A stretch of DNA of 63,047 nucleotides, filler included, from Asterionella formosa (GCA_002256025.1; 2 parts of 2 records of this genome joined end to end with filler, not necessarily neighbours in it), one strand, 5' to 3'. Positions 25,998 through 37,617 are shown, counted from the first letter of the whole stretch. A program made the numbers and translations. The notes: generated by a model not told the origin, from the letters alone.

Positions 25998-27938
25998 CTA
26001 GACCATTTCAAACTCTGGATCTATATCATCTGCAGGTTGCTGATCTTCCCCTTCTTCGTTTGCAAAGCCTCCTTCGTCGTCAAATATTGCTGACATGGCA
26101 TCGTAGTTTATCTTCCTAGAAATCTTCCGTGCACTGACAGCTGCGAATAAGGCCTCCTCCGTTGTTTGTTGCAACTCCTCTTGCAGTGTACTTGATTTTC
26201 GCTTGCGGCCTCGCTTGTTTAGGTACCGAGCGTGGCCTTCTGCTTGTGCCATTTCATCTTGTTCTTTATGTGTCAATGCTGCTTCTTGTTGTTGGCGTTC
26301 TGCTTCCTTTCGCTCTTGTTGTTCGAGGTATTCTTTGTTGAGTGAGTTGAAAATAGCTTCTTTTTGAGCCATCTCCACGTCAGATCTAAACAACGACTCA
26401 ATACCTTCCACGTGAGCCTCGGGCATGTCAGACTTCCAATGTTGAAGATTCAATTTGTCTTCATTTAACTGTGTCGATACTTGCAGTTCTTCTTCTGTCG
26501 CCTGGTTGGGTAGAACAATGACACGACCGTACTTGGACTTTGGATACATTGATGCCAGCAGAGGGTTTGGAGCCGTGAGTGCTCCGTCAGCCCGAAGTAC
26601 AACCTGTTGGTCCTCGGACCGGCCTTCTTCGTCGTCTTGCTGCTCATGCACTTTCTCTAAGGCCTCGGTTTGTTCCGAATATTTTTCCACGTCAATGTGA
26701 GCTTCGTTTTTCGGTCCATTGCCGGCATGTAGTGTTTCCTGTCCTTCATCTCCAGCAGGCTCATCACTCATTCCTTCGTTTGTGCTTTGTACGGTGCCGT
26801 ACGTGAGATCTTTCGCTAATTCCATGTATAATGCAGTATGCTCTTCTCGGTTTTTGGGCTTTCTTCCCCCTTTGCGCCACATTGTAGAATGCTTGCCTTC
26901 AGATGGATCGTCCAATGCACCAGATGACAATAGTTGAACGTTACCTTCCTGGATGGCCCGAGCTCTGGCCTCGCGAATGCGGTTTCTAGTGAAAACTGGA
27001 GGATCTGCCTCTGCTTCCAATTCTACAGTATTGAATTGTTCCAATGTCAATGTTGCGCTCGGTGTCTGTTCAAACTCCTTAACTCGATTCGTCACAGTCA
27101 GTCCACACACCCTCAAAATGCGACTCACATCTTGATGATGGCGCGAAAATCCGTGTGCGCGAGCAGCAATCAACAGAGCGGCAGCGCAAATACCAGCAGG
27201 TCGGCGACCTGCGACAATCCAATCTCGCTTCATCCGTCCAACCAGGCGCAGAGCGGTCAGGGCCACTGCATTGGCTTTGTGGTCCAGATCCAGATGTGCA
27301 GCAAATCTGTATACATACAGTGCAGGATCAATAATTTCCAACTTGAGACCGAGCAGTCGTCTAAATTTCAAGAAACAAGTTCCCAAGGTATACACATTCA
27401 CTTGCAAGGCATCCGAAAAATCAATCAACATATGCTGACTCTTTTCTTGTCGACATGCAATATACAAACACGCCGCGACAACATGAGTCGTTCGTCGTCC
27501 TTGCACAAAGTTCTTTTCCACGGCAATCGTAAATAAGCGATGTGCAGCATCGACATAGTGTGATCCCAATCTTAGCCGCGAAGCCACATCTTGAATCCTT
27601 CTTCGGCCATTGGCCAGCGTTGTTTCTCTCGAATCTCTGGAGAAGCCGTATCGTCCTCCTCTCCCCCCTCCAGTGTATGCTTTGCTGCTAGTGGCACTGA
27701 CAAACTGTCCCACCATGCTGCTTGCCCCACCAGCTCCCTCGACGAATTCTACTGACGAGACAATGGCATTTTCTTCCACCACGACGCCGCAGTCGGTGCA
27801 AATGGAAGCTCCCGAAGCGTCATGCTGTTCTATTTCCTTGGAACCGCAATTGGGGCACAACAGTCGGGAGGACTTTGTCGGAGGTGGTGCCACAGCTTCT
27901 TCGGCTGTATTTGCAGCGAAGGAGACTGTGCGAGACAT
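25998..27938 (-). CDS. BRF1: TFIIIB subunit BRF1
   Basis: Zn ribbon CPNC..CTDCG, cyclin folds (NFVQGRR, GRRPAGICAAALL) and C-terminal TBP-binding region (SRKINYD). ATG MSRTV at 27938. Confidence 0.93.
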   Translation of the reverse strand: MSRTVSFAANTAEEAVAPPPTKSSRLLCPNCGSKEIEQHDASGASICTDCGVVVEENAIVSSVEFVEGAGGASSMVGQFVSATSSKAYTGGGRGGRYGFSRDSRETTLANGRRRIQDVASRLRLGSHYVDAAHRLFTIAVEKNFVQGRRTTHVVAACLYIACRQEKSQHMLIDFSDALQVNVYTLGTCFLKFRRLLGLKLEIIDPALYVYRFAAHLDLDHKANAVALTALRLVGRMKRDWIVAGRRPAGICAAALLIAARAHGFSRHHQDVSRILRVCGLTVTNRVKEFEQTPSATLTLEQFNTVELEAEADPPVFTRNRIREARARAIQEGNVQLLSSGALDDPSEGKHSTMWRKGGRKPKNREEHTALYMELAKDLTYGTVQSTNEGMSDEPAGDEGQETLHAGNGPKNEAHIDVEKYSEQTEALEKVHEQQDDEEGRSEDQQVVLRADGALTAPNPLLASMYPKSKYGRVIVLPNQATEEELQVSTQLNEDKLNLQHWKSDMPEAHVEGIESLFRSDVEMAQKEAIFNSLNKEYLEQQERKEAERQQQEAALTHKEQDEMAQAEGHARYLNKRGRKRKSSTLQEELQQTTEEALFAAVSARKISRKINYDAMSAIFDDEGGFANEEGEDQQPADDIDPEFEMV

Positions 27939-28874
27939 GCGTTTTGGAATGCTTGTATTCGCACCGGTAGTCTTGGTGATGAGGAACGAGGTGAGGGATG
28001 TTGCCAACTAGGACTGTGCAACGCACAAGCGAACATATGATACCTTATGGTACGAGTACTTATCACCGGTACCTGGTACCGGTACCGGTACTGTAATACA
28101 TTCTTTCTGATGTGTGGAATAGAATTTACCGGTACTCACCTGCTCCAGATTTACTGGAGTATCACGGTCTTGAAAAATTACTCCAGCCATACTTGGGGTC
28201 GTTCTTATCATTTTCGATTTGGTATCATATTTTTTGAAAAAGTATCATGCAACGGCTACTCGATTTAAATCGAAAAAATCCATTCTCCACAAAAATAAAA
28301 ATAAAATTGTATCATCAAAAAGTATCACGAAAATTCAACGGTTACGGGCTGGCTACAAACATGTGCTTTTCCTTCCAGACTACCTGTACATAATGGTACC
28401 AAACCAGTCCTCAAACCATGCAAGAAATCTACGCGAATTATGTATATGGATTACTATAATCAATGGTATTTGCACAGGTATTTGTTGTAGTCACGTGATC
28501 ATTTTCGTATTCTATTATCATTTTCGTATTCTATTGCCTAGTACTTTGTCATGAATTCCCGAATATCAGTACCAGGTACTGGTACCTGTAATTAGATACC
28601 GGGTATGTCTCTATGCACATGACTCAATCTGTTCAATTCTCGACTTTGTGGTTGTCGTTCTTTGGTGTTGTGACTGAACATTGCAACACACGGCCGCTAG
28701 AATGATTGTATGGTCCTTCTTTGATGCACACCATAACATGTATATTTTATGTAGATGTAAGGAAAAGTACTGCCCTGCAGGCGTATTTTCGGTTATTTTA
28801 TTAGTGACAACGGAAATGATACCCGCGTGAAAACGTCAGTATCACTGATACCGTTTTTGGAGGGGGCAAAAAAA

Positions 28875-28911
28875 GGTATCAATTTTGTATCAATGATACA
28901 AAATTGATACC
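28875..28911. repeat. Perfect 37-bp palindrome
   Basis: GGTATCAATTTTGTATCA-A-TGATACAAAATTGATACC: 18-bp arms, 1-nt loop. Confidence 0.85.
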
Positions 28912-29099
28912 ATCAAGTTACCGTTGCTGATACCGTGTTTTGATACCTACCGTCACTTTTGGCCCGCAACCCGGAAATGATACAGCAAATTCGGAATGAT
29001 AAGAACAACCCTTGAACCACACGTATTTGATTCGTCATTTGTAAAATCAGTACCAATGTTACCAGTAGTTTCATGTACAAGTTCAACACAAGGAGCTCC

Positions 29100-29660
29100 A
29101 TGCATTTTGCTCTTGCTTGTTGTATGGACATACTGGTACCAGTAGTGCACTTTGTCCTTCTCAAATGATCAGAATGTCTGCAATGTTTCCATTTCTTGGC
29201 AGCGGAAGGTTCAAGACTTCCTTGAGCATCCATGGTGACTGCTATACCGGATTCGTAAGTTCTTCCTCTTTTCTTGTTTAATGGTTTCAAATTGTGCACT
29301 ATGCTGGATTGCTTTGCTTCGTTGCAATGATTTGTTCGCTTTTTTGTTGTTAACTCCAAAAGGTTTGTTGTTGGGTTGACATTGTCATCCCCAGCATTTC
29401 ATATACATCTGACATGTATTTATCAGCGCCTTGTGTCCTCTGCTGCTGTCCTGCAACTGATGCTACTCAATAGAGCAGGCTTTGGGAGCCAGCGAAAATT
29501 TTGTTTTTTGGACAACCCCTTCCAACAGCATTGTTCATCACTTCATTCATTTGTGTATCAATTGGGTGATGTAATGCTTTGAGTTTCTCACCTTCCATCC
29601 TTTTGCCAACATTTTCAATTAACCAATCGAACATTTCCTTGTTGTTAATAGATGACCAAC
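29100..29660 (-). pseudogene. C-terminal relic of a Kolobok-type DDE transposase
   Basis: The minus strand reads KALHHPIDTQMNEVMNNAVGRGCPK (H..TQ.NE..N....PK catalytic-Glu motif), then YESGIA and a CxHxxHxRRxxC knuckle. Interrupted by stops and frameshifts. Confidence 0.6.
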
Positions 29661-29662
29661 AT

Positions 29663-30110
29663 TCATTTGCTACTATGTTTAATCATTTTAGACACTGGTT
29701 GGAAACCAGTGTACCCTTCTTTGTGATCCGTATTCTTGAGAAGCGAACAAACCCCCTTCAGGCAACAATCTGGAAGTTCCATGCGGATGCCTTTCCCCAA
29801 GGAGCCACAGAATGTCTTGACAAGAAACTTGTAGTATACAAGGTTTCTTCCTTGACAAAGCATGACTACATTTTCTTCAAGTCGAAGCTGAACCAAATCC
29901 GTCTCCATGTATTGCTCAACTAATTCCTCCAGCTCGTCCCATTGACATTGTTGACACTCTTAGCATGCAAAGTCACAAATTCACAGAAGATTCGGTTCCC
30001 GCAGCCTTCAACTTCTGACTCAGTAATGGCATGATCAATACAAGTAGGGCACGGAACATGGTTTTATGGAAGAGGATGAGAGCCATTCACTACAGGCAAT
30101 GCAACAGAAC
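29663..30110 (-). pseudogene. KolX (P2X7-tail-like) accessory gene relic
   Basis: YYKF...GSLGKGIRMELPDCCLKGVCSL...YTGF resembles the KolX pattern GxLGxGxRxxLPxC..IR..FP...YxGF. Upstream CPTC. Contains stops. Confidence 0.6.
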
Positions 30111-30197
30111 TCATTGTTGATTGTTGCGTTGCTCGACATTATTTTGTTGCTCAAACAAGAACCAATATCATATACATAGATTCTCGAGGTATTTATA

Positions 30198-30602
30198 TGT
30201 CAAGAATATAAGCCCAAGTCACAAGGATTGTGGACTCAATTGTAATTGAATGAGTCGAATATTGCATTGCCACATCAATCATCTGTCTAACTAGATCAAA
30301 GATTGAAGATTTATATGGAAATGTTAAGTGGAAACTCGAAGAGAGTCTTAGAACGACTTTGCGGGAAGCGAAGATGCATGGAAAGGAAACCTTTAGTTTA
30401 GCTTATAATTTAATTTGAGTTAAGATTATCAACCAAGGAAACAGAGTGTTAATTGACAGGAAGGTCAATTAGTCTATCTAGCAGGAAGGCTAGAAGCAGA
30501 GACAAGAGAGAAAGTAAGTGGCACTAGGTAGTACTACAAGCATGTACGAGTCTACATGAAGAGAGACCCAGCCCACGGGAAGGAGTACAGACCATTTCAA
30601 CA
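30198..30602. mobile_element. Probable solo LTR (405 bp)
   Basis: TGT...ACA termini flanked on both sides by TTTATA (30192-30197 and 30603-30608). Confidence 0.6.
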
Positions 30603-30639
30603 TTTATACTAGCTCAAGTCTATACATGCATTCTGGCGG

Positions 30640-30862
30640 TGAGTAAAATTATAACTACATTGAGCAATGTAGATATAACATAAACATCTTCATTCTTTTT
30701 GAAATGGAACTCTGTCAATGTGGAGCCATTTTCTACTCAGTTTAAATATTCAAACAGGTACTTGCATCATGGGAATACACACAAACAAATTCTGATTTCC
30801 ACGTCAATTTTACAACCCTAGCGATTTCTTCTTCAAACCAGGGTTAAGCGGGGGCCGCAACT
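30640..30862. mobile_element. Terminal fragment of family B TTAA/Kolobok-type element
   Basis: Matches 45432-45666 (tttgaaatggaactctgtcaat; tttacaaccctagcgat; gggttaagcgggggccgcaac). Confidence 0.75.
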
Positions 30863-31490
30863 TCAATCAATAACGGGAGTCGTGATCATAGAAAATAAAG
30901 TCGTTGAATTTCCTGCCGGATCTTCCCCTTCAGTTCGGCTTCGAGCAGGCCAACATATTCAAATTGAATCTTCCATGATGTGAACGGCTAAATGTTTCAC
31001 AATCTAGATGTTGCCAGCGTATTTACCGCCACATTCGGGAGGTACTGTACAATGTACAGCAACATTAGAAATTAATTAGGGACTATGACATGCTTCGAAA
31101 GGGAGTGCATACTTTCCAAATCACTGTCGTATTTACCTGGTATCAGGTACTGGTACCAGGTACTCTGGATTCCTGTACGTGGCCTACAAGAGACTTACTG
31201 GTACGGCGACAACCATGAACAGTTTATCTGGTACCGGGGACAGTTCAGTAAAAACGTCCAAGTTGAATTAGGTTTCCCTAATAGGTATGTAATATTGGTG
31301 AAGCATTGATTACAGACACTGTCCTAATTTATATTTCTTGTCTGATGCTTGAAAAGAACGAAAGCGACAATTACATGTACTATTTTGAAGACGGTCAAGA
31401 ATGCCAAAGTTGTTGCAAAGCGAACCCTAAAATGACCGATTTTGTATCCTAACCGTTACATTTAGCCACCACAGCAGCATGATGTATGGG

Positions 31491-31590
31491 NNNNNNNNNN
31501 NNNNNNNNNNNNNNNNNNNNNNNNNNNNNNNNNNTTAATTAATTAANNNNNNNNNNNNNNNNNNNNNNNNNNNNNNNNNNNNNNNNNNNN
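31491..31590. other. Assembly gap with artificial TTAATTAATTAA linker
   Basis: 44 N + TTAATTAATTAA (six-frame stop spacer) + 44 N. Confidence 0.97.
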
Positions 31591-32409
31591 GTCCTTGCCT
31601 TTTTGCTTGGTGACGCTGGTTCCTAAGATACCAGTACGATAGTTGACAATTGCCCATTCACACATGATACTTACGTAATTTGCATCGAAGTGCATAAACA
31701 CAGATTCCATCAAGACATCTACTACATATGTAAAATTCCACGAGAAAACAGCTACCAGAAAAAAACGGCCGTTCGTCCGATATTTCCCTCAAATGATCAA
31801 ACTTCACTCCAAGTTCAACATAGTAGTACTAGATATACCGTGTTAAATTATAAAATGGGAATGAACGGAAGTTCAGACTTCGGTTGAAAAACCGGCCTAC
31901 TGTCCGAACATTTCTACGAAAATCAGCGTAAGTGTCCGGTAGATGTCTGATGATGTCTTCCTCATAATGCAAATGACCGGTTTTTGTTCCGGAACCTGGT
32001 GGTACCAGGGGTACCAGTCACCGGAGTACCGGTAGCTATGTGTCGTATTGATAAAATAATACAAGTAATATTACCGGTAAATTATGATAACGTCACTAAA
32101 GGCAGATTGTACCCCATGTACCATTCGTTACTCCCTCTGTCTAATAACAGTTGCATCGATTCACCGGCACCACCATTGTCTTAACTGTTCGCATATGAAG
32201 GATTATGTAGCCAACATAGCAAATTTCTACGTGAGGGTCAGCTTACTCGAAAAAATGCGTTTTCAATGAGTTACATAGACGTGAACATATACTCTGTTTT
32301 GTAATTAAATATTTAGCATCTAAATAGGTCAATCGAAACCAATTTAACATGTGTTTATATATTGGGTACATGTATATAGATAGCAATGCTAATGCATTGA
32401 TTTTGCATC

Positions 32410-32845
32410 ATGATTTTTGTCAAAATGGATGTTGACATTGCCGATGCGCCCATTCCTGATGGTCAGATCCTTGGCCTGATGGCCAGAAACAATGGTCGCA
32501 GTTGCGCCCATCATCACTATTGCGGATCAACAGTAAAGGTTGGCTCTGTGGCTTTCTTCTCTTTCTATATTGGGTTGGACGAGATCCTCCAAGAACTCGA
32601 GGACACTATTGAGGTGATCATGGACTGTGATCTCCATCCAGAAGGTCAAAGGTGCAGAGTTGTTGGGTATCTTGCAAGGAGGATTGCACATAACAAGCAA
32701 AGTCGAGGCAGCGCAGTATGTTAATCATACTGCTGTAGTTATTGAACTACTACAAGATTCTAAGGAGCAAACAAAACAAAGAATGAATATGAGAGGTTAT
32801 GGAGTTGCTCTTTTTACCTTTCTTGACGTTAGGGTCAAAAATTGA
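32410..32845 (+). pseudogene. Passenger ORF inside the mariner element (Cys/His motif, possibly HIRAN-like), frameshifted
   Basis: NGRSCAHHHYCG...CRVVGYL.R. The frame shifts near 32710 into YVNHTAVVIELL. Confidence 0.5.
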
Positions 32846-33249
32846 AGAATCTGTTAAGGAGAAAATTCATAATCCTTCTGCTGTGTAGTTAAAATAAAAT
32901 CCATTTATAGTTATCCAACTCATCAAAGAAACTATAAGTTCAATACATATAGAGCCATTAACAACCAGTGCTAGCATATATATATATAAAAGGGGGATCG
33001 TCATTTGATCCAATGCAGCCATGCAAAATGGCGCTGGAGACGAAAACCCCCTTGTTCTCATTACACCCTACTGTTAAAATAGATCATCCAGAAATGTGCG
33101 GGCCAACTCAATTGCTCCTTCCCCAGCTGCTAACCTATCAGGTAAAATTCCCGCCTGTTCCAGAGCCGCCTTCCCAATGTGAGGTATATTATAATTGTTG
33201 TCGCCATCAACCAAAATAATCTCTTCCAAACAACCCTGATATTTTAAGA

Positions 33250-34450
33250 AAGAACAATTTAATTTGGTTGGTTAAAAGAAGAATGCTGCCTGCACTGCCT
33301 CTATCAAACCATCCACGTCGTTGTGGGCTTCTTCCACGGAATCCTATTAACCTGACTGTAATGCCCTAAAAAAGATAGATCGTTGATATTCAAATCCGGA
33401 CTGTTTGCTGGTTGCTTTGTCAATCAAATATCCCATTCTTCATCTGTTGTAGATGCTACAAAGGGAGCAAAATCGGAGCCAAAATGTGTTGAAGCATTAT
33501 CATGCTGTAGATATATTCGTTTGTTTCCATCAGGCCACTTCGCTTTTATCATAGGTAAAACATTATCAACAATCATGTCAGCATATGCCTGTTTGTCACT
33601 GGGAGTGACTTTGTTTCCATTGTCCCTGCCGGTCGATAAATTGAACTTCTTTGCGCTGCTACTTGGTGCACAAATGGCCAAATTCCAATTTTACCGTCAA
33701 ACATACACACTTTTTCGTCGTCAAAACGCGGACGTGTCACAGCAGAAAGGAACATGACCTTTTCGATGTGCTCTTTATGTTTCATCCGCCTTGTGGGAGC
33801 CTCTTTTCCATGAGCCAGATATATTTTTTCAACTTTCCTTCTGAAACAAAGAACCACTTTTCATCTACATGGACCTGTTCATAGAAGCCATCATGCATAG
33901 TAACCAAACAGTCCCGGATCAAAATCAAGCAACGTCAGGGGAAGGATGTTCTTGATCTGGATGGTTCAGTTGTAAATGAATAACACAATACATAAAACAA
34001 CTTATCTTACCCTCCTCCAAAAGCATTGGCTTGACTGCACTTGGTCTGTGTGCGGTTTTATTACATTCTCTCTGTTATCCTTTGCAATCCAAAAAACTGT
34101 TGACTTGGGAAGGGCAAGAGCAGCTGCTAATTTACGATACATAGTATGCTTGCAATTATTTCTTCAAGTGGGTATTTGCAAGTATACCCAGTCAATAATT
34201 TGCGGGAAAGCGATGCAAACATGTAAAGATCATCATTATAATAGGATTCGAGCATGCGGTTCCAAATACGTTGTATAGTTGTTTTATCAACTTTGAACCG
34301 GCCTGCAAAAAATTTAATGGTTCCACGCACTAAAATGAGCTGACCATCTATTTCGTCCCCTCCATCAGGTCCTTTTTGGAGGTTCCGTAAACCATAATCC
34401 AACACAAGTTGACGCTCTTCTGGTGTTAGATCCTTTCTCATGTGCTTGTT
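33250..34450 (-). pseudogene. Mariner transposase pseudogene
   Basis: VHVDEKWF, KVMFLSAVTRPRFD, DGKIGIWPF, QHDNASTH and QPANSPDLNI motifs spread over several frames. Confidence 0.88.
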
Positions 34451-34893
34451 GAGAAGAGGTGGTGGCAAGAAAAAAGGGGGGTCAGGCATCTGCATTTCGC
34501 TCGAGATGAGCAAAAGTGGAAGTCGAAAAAGCCGAAAAAGCCGAAAAACGTTTTTTTCAAATGTATTTGCCAATTCTTATCTTTCTATATATTTTGTATA
34601 TACATGGATCCGTAGCTTAGAGCAAGCTGCACCATATGTAGGGCTATTGAGTGGGAGGAAGTCGTAGGAGTCAAAATGGCCCCGGATAAATTTGAATTAT
34701 CGATGCAACTTGTTATTAGACAGATGGAGTACCAGTTACTACCGGTACCTGGTACCCGGTACCAGGTACCATCAGGGCACTCACTCATGTACCGATATTT
34801 CATCGACAAGTTGTCCTCCTAAGTCCACATGCTATAGGTACGGCTCCAAGTAAACCAAAAGTATAATCTGCCCACGTATTAAAAGAATTTGCC

Positions 34894-36348
34894 ATGAACC
34901 CGCCAAAGACTTCTGCGTGGAAGGAGGAAGCACTGCAGCTGATTAATCTCGCCATTCCAACAGTGATCGTTCAACTCGGGGCCACCATTCCTCCTGCTCT
35001 GGTTGCCTCCTACGTTGGACGACACCTCGGCTCAACCTATTTAGATGGATTCACATTGGCCAATCTGACCGGGAACTTATGCACTCTCTCGCTTCTCTCT
35101 GGTCTTTACTCGGCTTCGGATACACTTTCTCCGCAAGCCTTCGGCGCCGGCAACTACAGAGAGCTTGGATTATTGGCCATGCGAGGGTTTGTAATTTCCA
35201 TGCTTGTGCTCATTCCGATAAACATTGTTTTGGTTCTTTTCATGGATCAATTGTTGGTCCTAGTCGGCCAGGACCCAGTGCCATCCGCCCTAGCTTCCAA
35301 GTGGTATACCATCTATGTGATGTCACTCCCATTCTATGTGGTCTATATGGTCACTTGGAAGTTCCTATCGGCACAGGAAATCATGACTCCACTCGTGCTT
35401 ATATTGGTAGCGACACTTTTGATGCTGCCTCTGTTACTGGATATTTTTGTGCCCGCATTTGGTTTCTTGGGTTCCGCCGTGGCGATTCTAATGTATTTGG
35501 TGAATCAGTCGGTATTGCTGGTGGCTTATCTTTGGTGGAGAAAACCCCATCGACCCGAGTCTTGGCCGGGAATAGGAGCTTGGAGGGAAGCTCTAGCATG
35601 TAAACCTATGAAGATTTACATTTCGTTGGGGTTGGGGGGCATCTTGTCGGCTAGCGAATGGATTTACTGGGAAATGTTGGGAATTATGATTGGCAAGCTC
35701 GGACAGTTACCCCTAGCTATTCATACAGTTCCAAATCAAGTACTAATGATGTCATTCATGATTCCCTTAGGTCTTGGAATTGCACTTTCCATTCGGTTAG
35801 GGCAGGTTTTGCCTCGGAGTGTCAAGAGAGCGAAGAAGCTCGTCGCATGGACGTTTATTGTGGCGTTCATCATGGTTTCATGTATATGCATCTGGCTGTA
35901 TATCTGCCGAGATTTCATTGTTCACATGTTTACCAAAGAGCAAGATGTTCTCGAAGGGTGCAAAAGAATTTGGCCTCAAGTTGTATTTTATAACTGGACT
36001 CTCAGTATTTCTGCGATTGCCATGGGCACTGCGGCAGGACTTGGTATGCAGTGGACCTTGGGTTTTGTTACTTTTATTTGCTTATGGGTCGTTGGAATGC
36101 CTGGTTTGTGGTACTTTGCTATTCATTTGGGAGGTGGAATCGTTGTAGCTTGGAATTGGATTTATCCTCCTTACATGGTATTGAATGCAATCATGTGTTA
36201 TCACTTTTATTTTGCCGACTGGGACGATATAAGTGATAAAATCAGAATTCGAGAGGGCATGGATGACGACCCAACACAAGATATCTATGAATCATCCTAT
36301 GGTGCTGTTGATGTTGCACTGAGTTTACTAGAATATTCTAAACCATAA
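34894..36348 (+). CDS. MATE family efflux transporter
   Basis: 484 aa, about 12 hydrophobic segments, motifs SASDTLSPQAFGAGN, SEWIYWE and ALSIRLG. Confidence 0.92.
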   Translation: MNPPKTSAWKEEALQLINLAIPTVIVQLGATIPPALVASYVGRHLGSTYLDGFTLANLTGNLCTLSLLSGLYSASDTLSPQAFGAGNYRELGLLAMRGFVISMLVLIPINIVLVLFMDQLLVLVGQDPVPSALASKWYTIYVMSLPFYVVYMVTWKFLSAQEIMTPLVLILVATLLMLPLLLDIFVPAFGFLGSAVAILMYLVNQSVLLVAYLWWRKPHRPESWPGIGAWREALACKPMKIYISLGLGGILSASEWIYWEMLGIMIGKLGQLPLAIHTVPNQVLMMSFMIPLGLGIALSIRLGQVLPRSVKRAKKLVAWTFIVAFIMVSCICIWLYICRDFIVHMFTKEQDVLEGCKRIWPQVVFYNWTLSISAIAMGTAAGLGMQWTLGFVTFICLWVVGMPGLWYFAIHLGGGIVVAWNWIYPPYMVLNAIMCYHFYFADWDDISDKIRIREGMDDDPTQDIYESSYGAVDVALSLLEYSKP

Positions 36349-36396
36349 TTATTAATGAAATTCATCAAAACTTGACCTGCTAGTTTGTCGATCGAC

Positions 36397-37617
36397 TTAA
36401 AAGACTTCAAACCATCGGGTGAATTGATTCTCAAAAATAACACGAATGCTATCAAATCCGCCCTCTTTCAACATTTTTGTCGCAACGGGAATAGAAAATC
36501 CAAGAGTGCCAAGTCCCCTACCACCTTCGACGGAAAGAGCACAGGCCATGCATAAACATGCAGAAAATGCAAAGTAGGTACCTGCTGCGGGGTTCCCAGC
36601 AATATTCTCTCGGATGGATGGCGCAGAGGGAATGTCGGCTAGCAACCAAATTCCTGTTTCTGACTTGAGCGCAATACGCACTTGTGCAACGAGTTCTTCG
36701 GGGTTGGGTGCATCATGCAAAACATCGTAAGTAGTGACCAGATCGAACATGTGCTTGAAATCGCCGAGGCTTTCGGCAGATTCCTTGGCGTCGTGCAGAA
36801 AGGCATTTCGTAGCTGGAGGGATGCTATTCGATGCGCGCAAATTTCCAATGCCGCCTTCGATACATCAAAACCGTGAAAAGTGGAATTCGGGAATGCTTG
36901 TGCCATGGCAATCATGAGATTGCCGCCCCCGCAGCCCAAGTCCGCAACCAAGCAGCCTTCCTCTAGCATCCTCAAAACCCTTCCGTTCGCGGTGGCTGGC
37001 ACTACTTGTGGAAGGAAAACATCTCGTATGTGAGTTCGGTGTTGTCGATCAATTCCTTCCGCGATTTCTGGCTCATCGTACGGCCTGCCAATCCCAGTGC
37101 GAAAGGCCTCGGGCAGCATTGTTTTGGCCCTGTTGACTAGGCTAGGTACCGCTTGAATCATAGCAATATCATACTCTTTCGACGATGCGTCTGCTAGTAC
37201 CTCTGCGGTAGCTCGAGGCAAGCGATAGCGCAAGGATTCGTCGTCGTCATATGTCCCAGGGAGTAGCAACAAAATACCCATGGCGGCTTGCTGTGCGAGC
37301 CACTCCCGCAGCCAGCGCTGATTCAGACCAGTCCGTTCACTCAGCTCTATGGCGGTTACGGATGATCCATCCTTACCACAGCAGTCCCTAAGCGTTTCAT
37401 ATAGCTTGAGTCTATCCCCAATGTAGAGCATCGAAGAGTGCATGGCGCCTCCAATGCAGGTCCAAACAAGTGCATGAGCGATGCTGTGATCTTTCTCGGG
37501 GTCTTGTTCTTTCCTGGAGGAACGCAACCTCAGCAAATCAGCGTAGTATACTGCTGCACCACCCAAGGCACTGCCAACTGCCAATAGGAGTGCTGTACTT
37601 CGACCTGTCGCTGCCAT
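36397..37617 (-). CDS. Class I SAM-dependent methyltransferase with N-terminal winged helix (Rv2258c-like) and N-terminal membrane anchor
   Basis: IGDRLKLY..ELSERTGLNQRWLREWL (wHTH), VADLGCGGG, FHGFD, YDVLHD and GLGTLG. Confidence 0.88.
   Translation of the reverse strand: MAATGRSTALLLAVGSALGGAAVYYADLLRLRSSRKEQDPEKDHSIAHALVWTCIGGAMHSSMLYIGDRLKLYETLRDCCGKDGSSVTAIELSERTGLNQRWLREWLAQQAAMGILLLLPGTYDDDESLRYRLPRATAEVLADASSKEYDIAMIQAVPSLVNRAKTMLPEAFRTGIGRPYDEPEIAEGIDRQHRTHIRDVFLPQVVPATANGRVLRMLEEGCLVADLGCGGGNLMIAMAQAFPNSTFHGFDVSKAALEICAHRIASLQLRNAFLHDAKESAESLGDFKHMFDLVTTYDVLHDAPNPEELVAQVRIALKSETGIWLLADIPSAPSIRENIAGNPAAGTYFAFSACLCMACALSVEGGRGLGTLGFSIPVATKMLKEGGFDSIRVIFENQFTRWFEVF

Larger units (their letters stand above)
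32131..34729 (-). mobile_element. Tc1/mariner element (plant/Stowaway-type termini), decayed transposase plus passenger ORF
   Basis: TA|CTCCCTCTGTCTAATAACA.. and ..TGTTATTAGACAGATGGAG|TA TIRs of ~30 bp. Confidence 0.88.

Noticed and set aside
26934..27536. 200-aa plus-strand ORF and similar overlapping ORFs
   Set aside because: Antisense to BRF1 with no recognisable motifs.
31535..31546. TTAATTAATTAA between N runs
   Set aside because: Artificial scaffolding linker, not biological. Contiguity across the gap is unverified.
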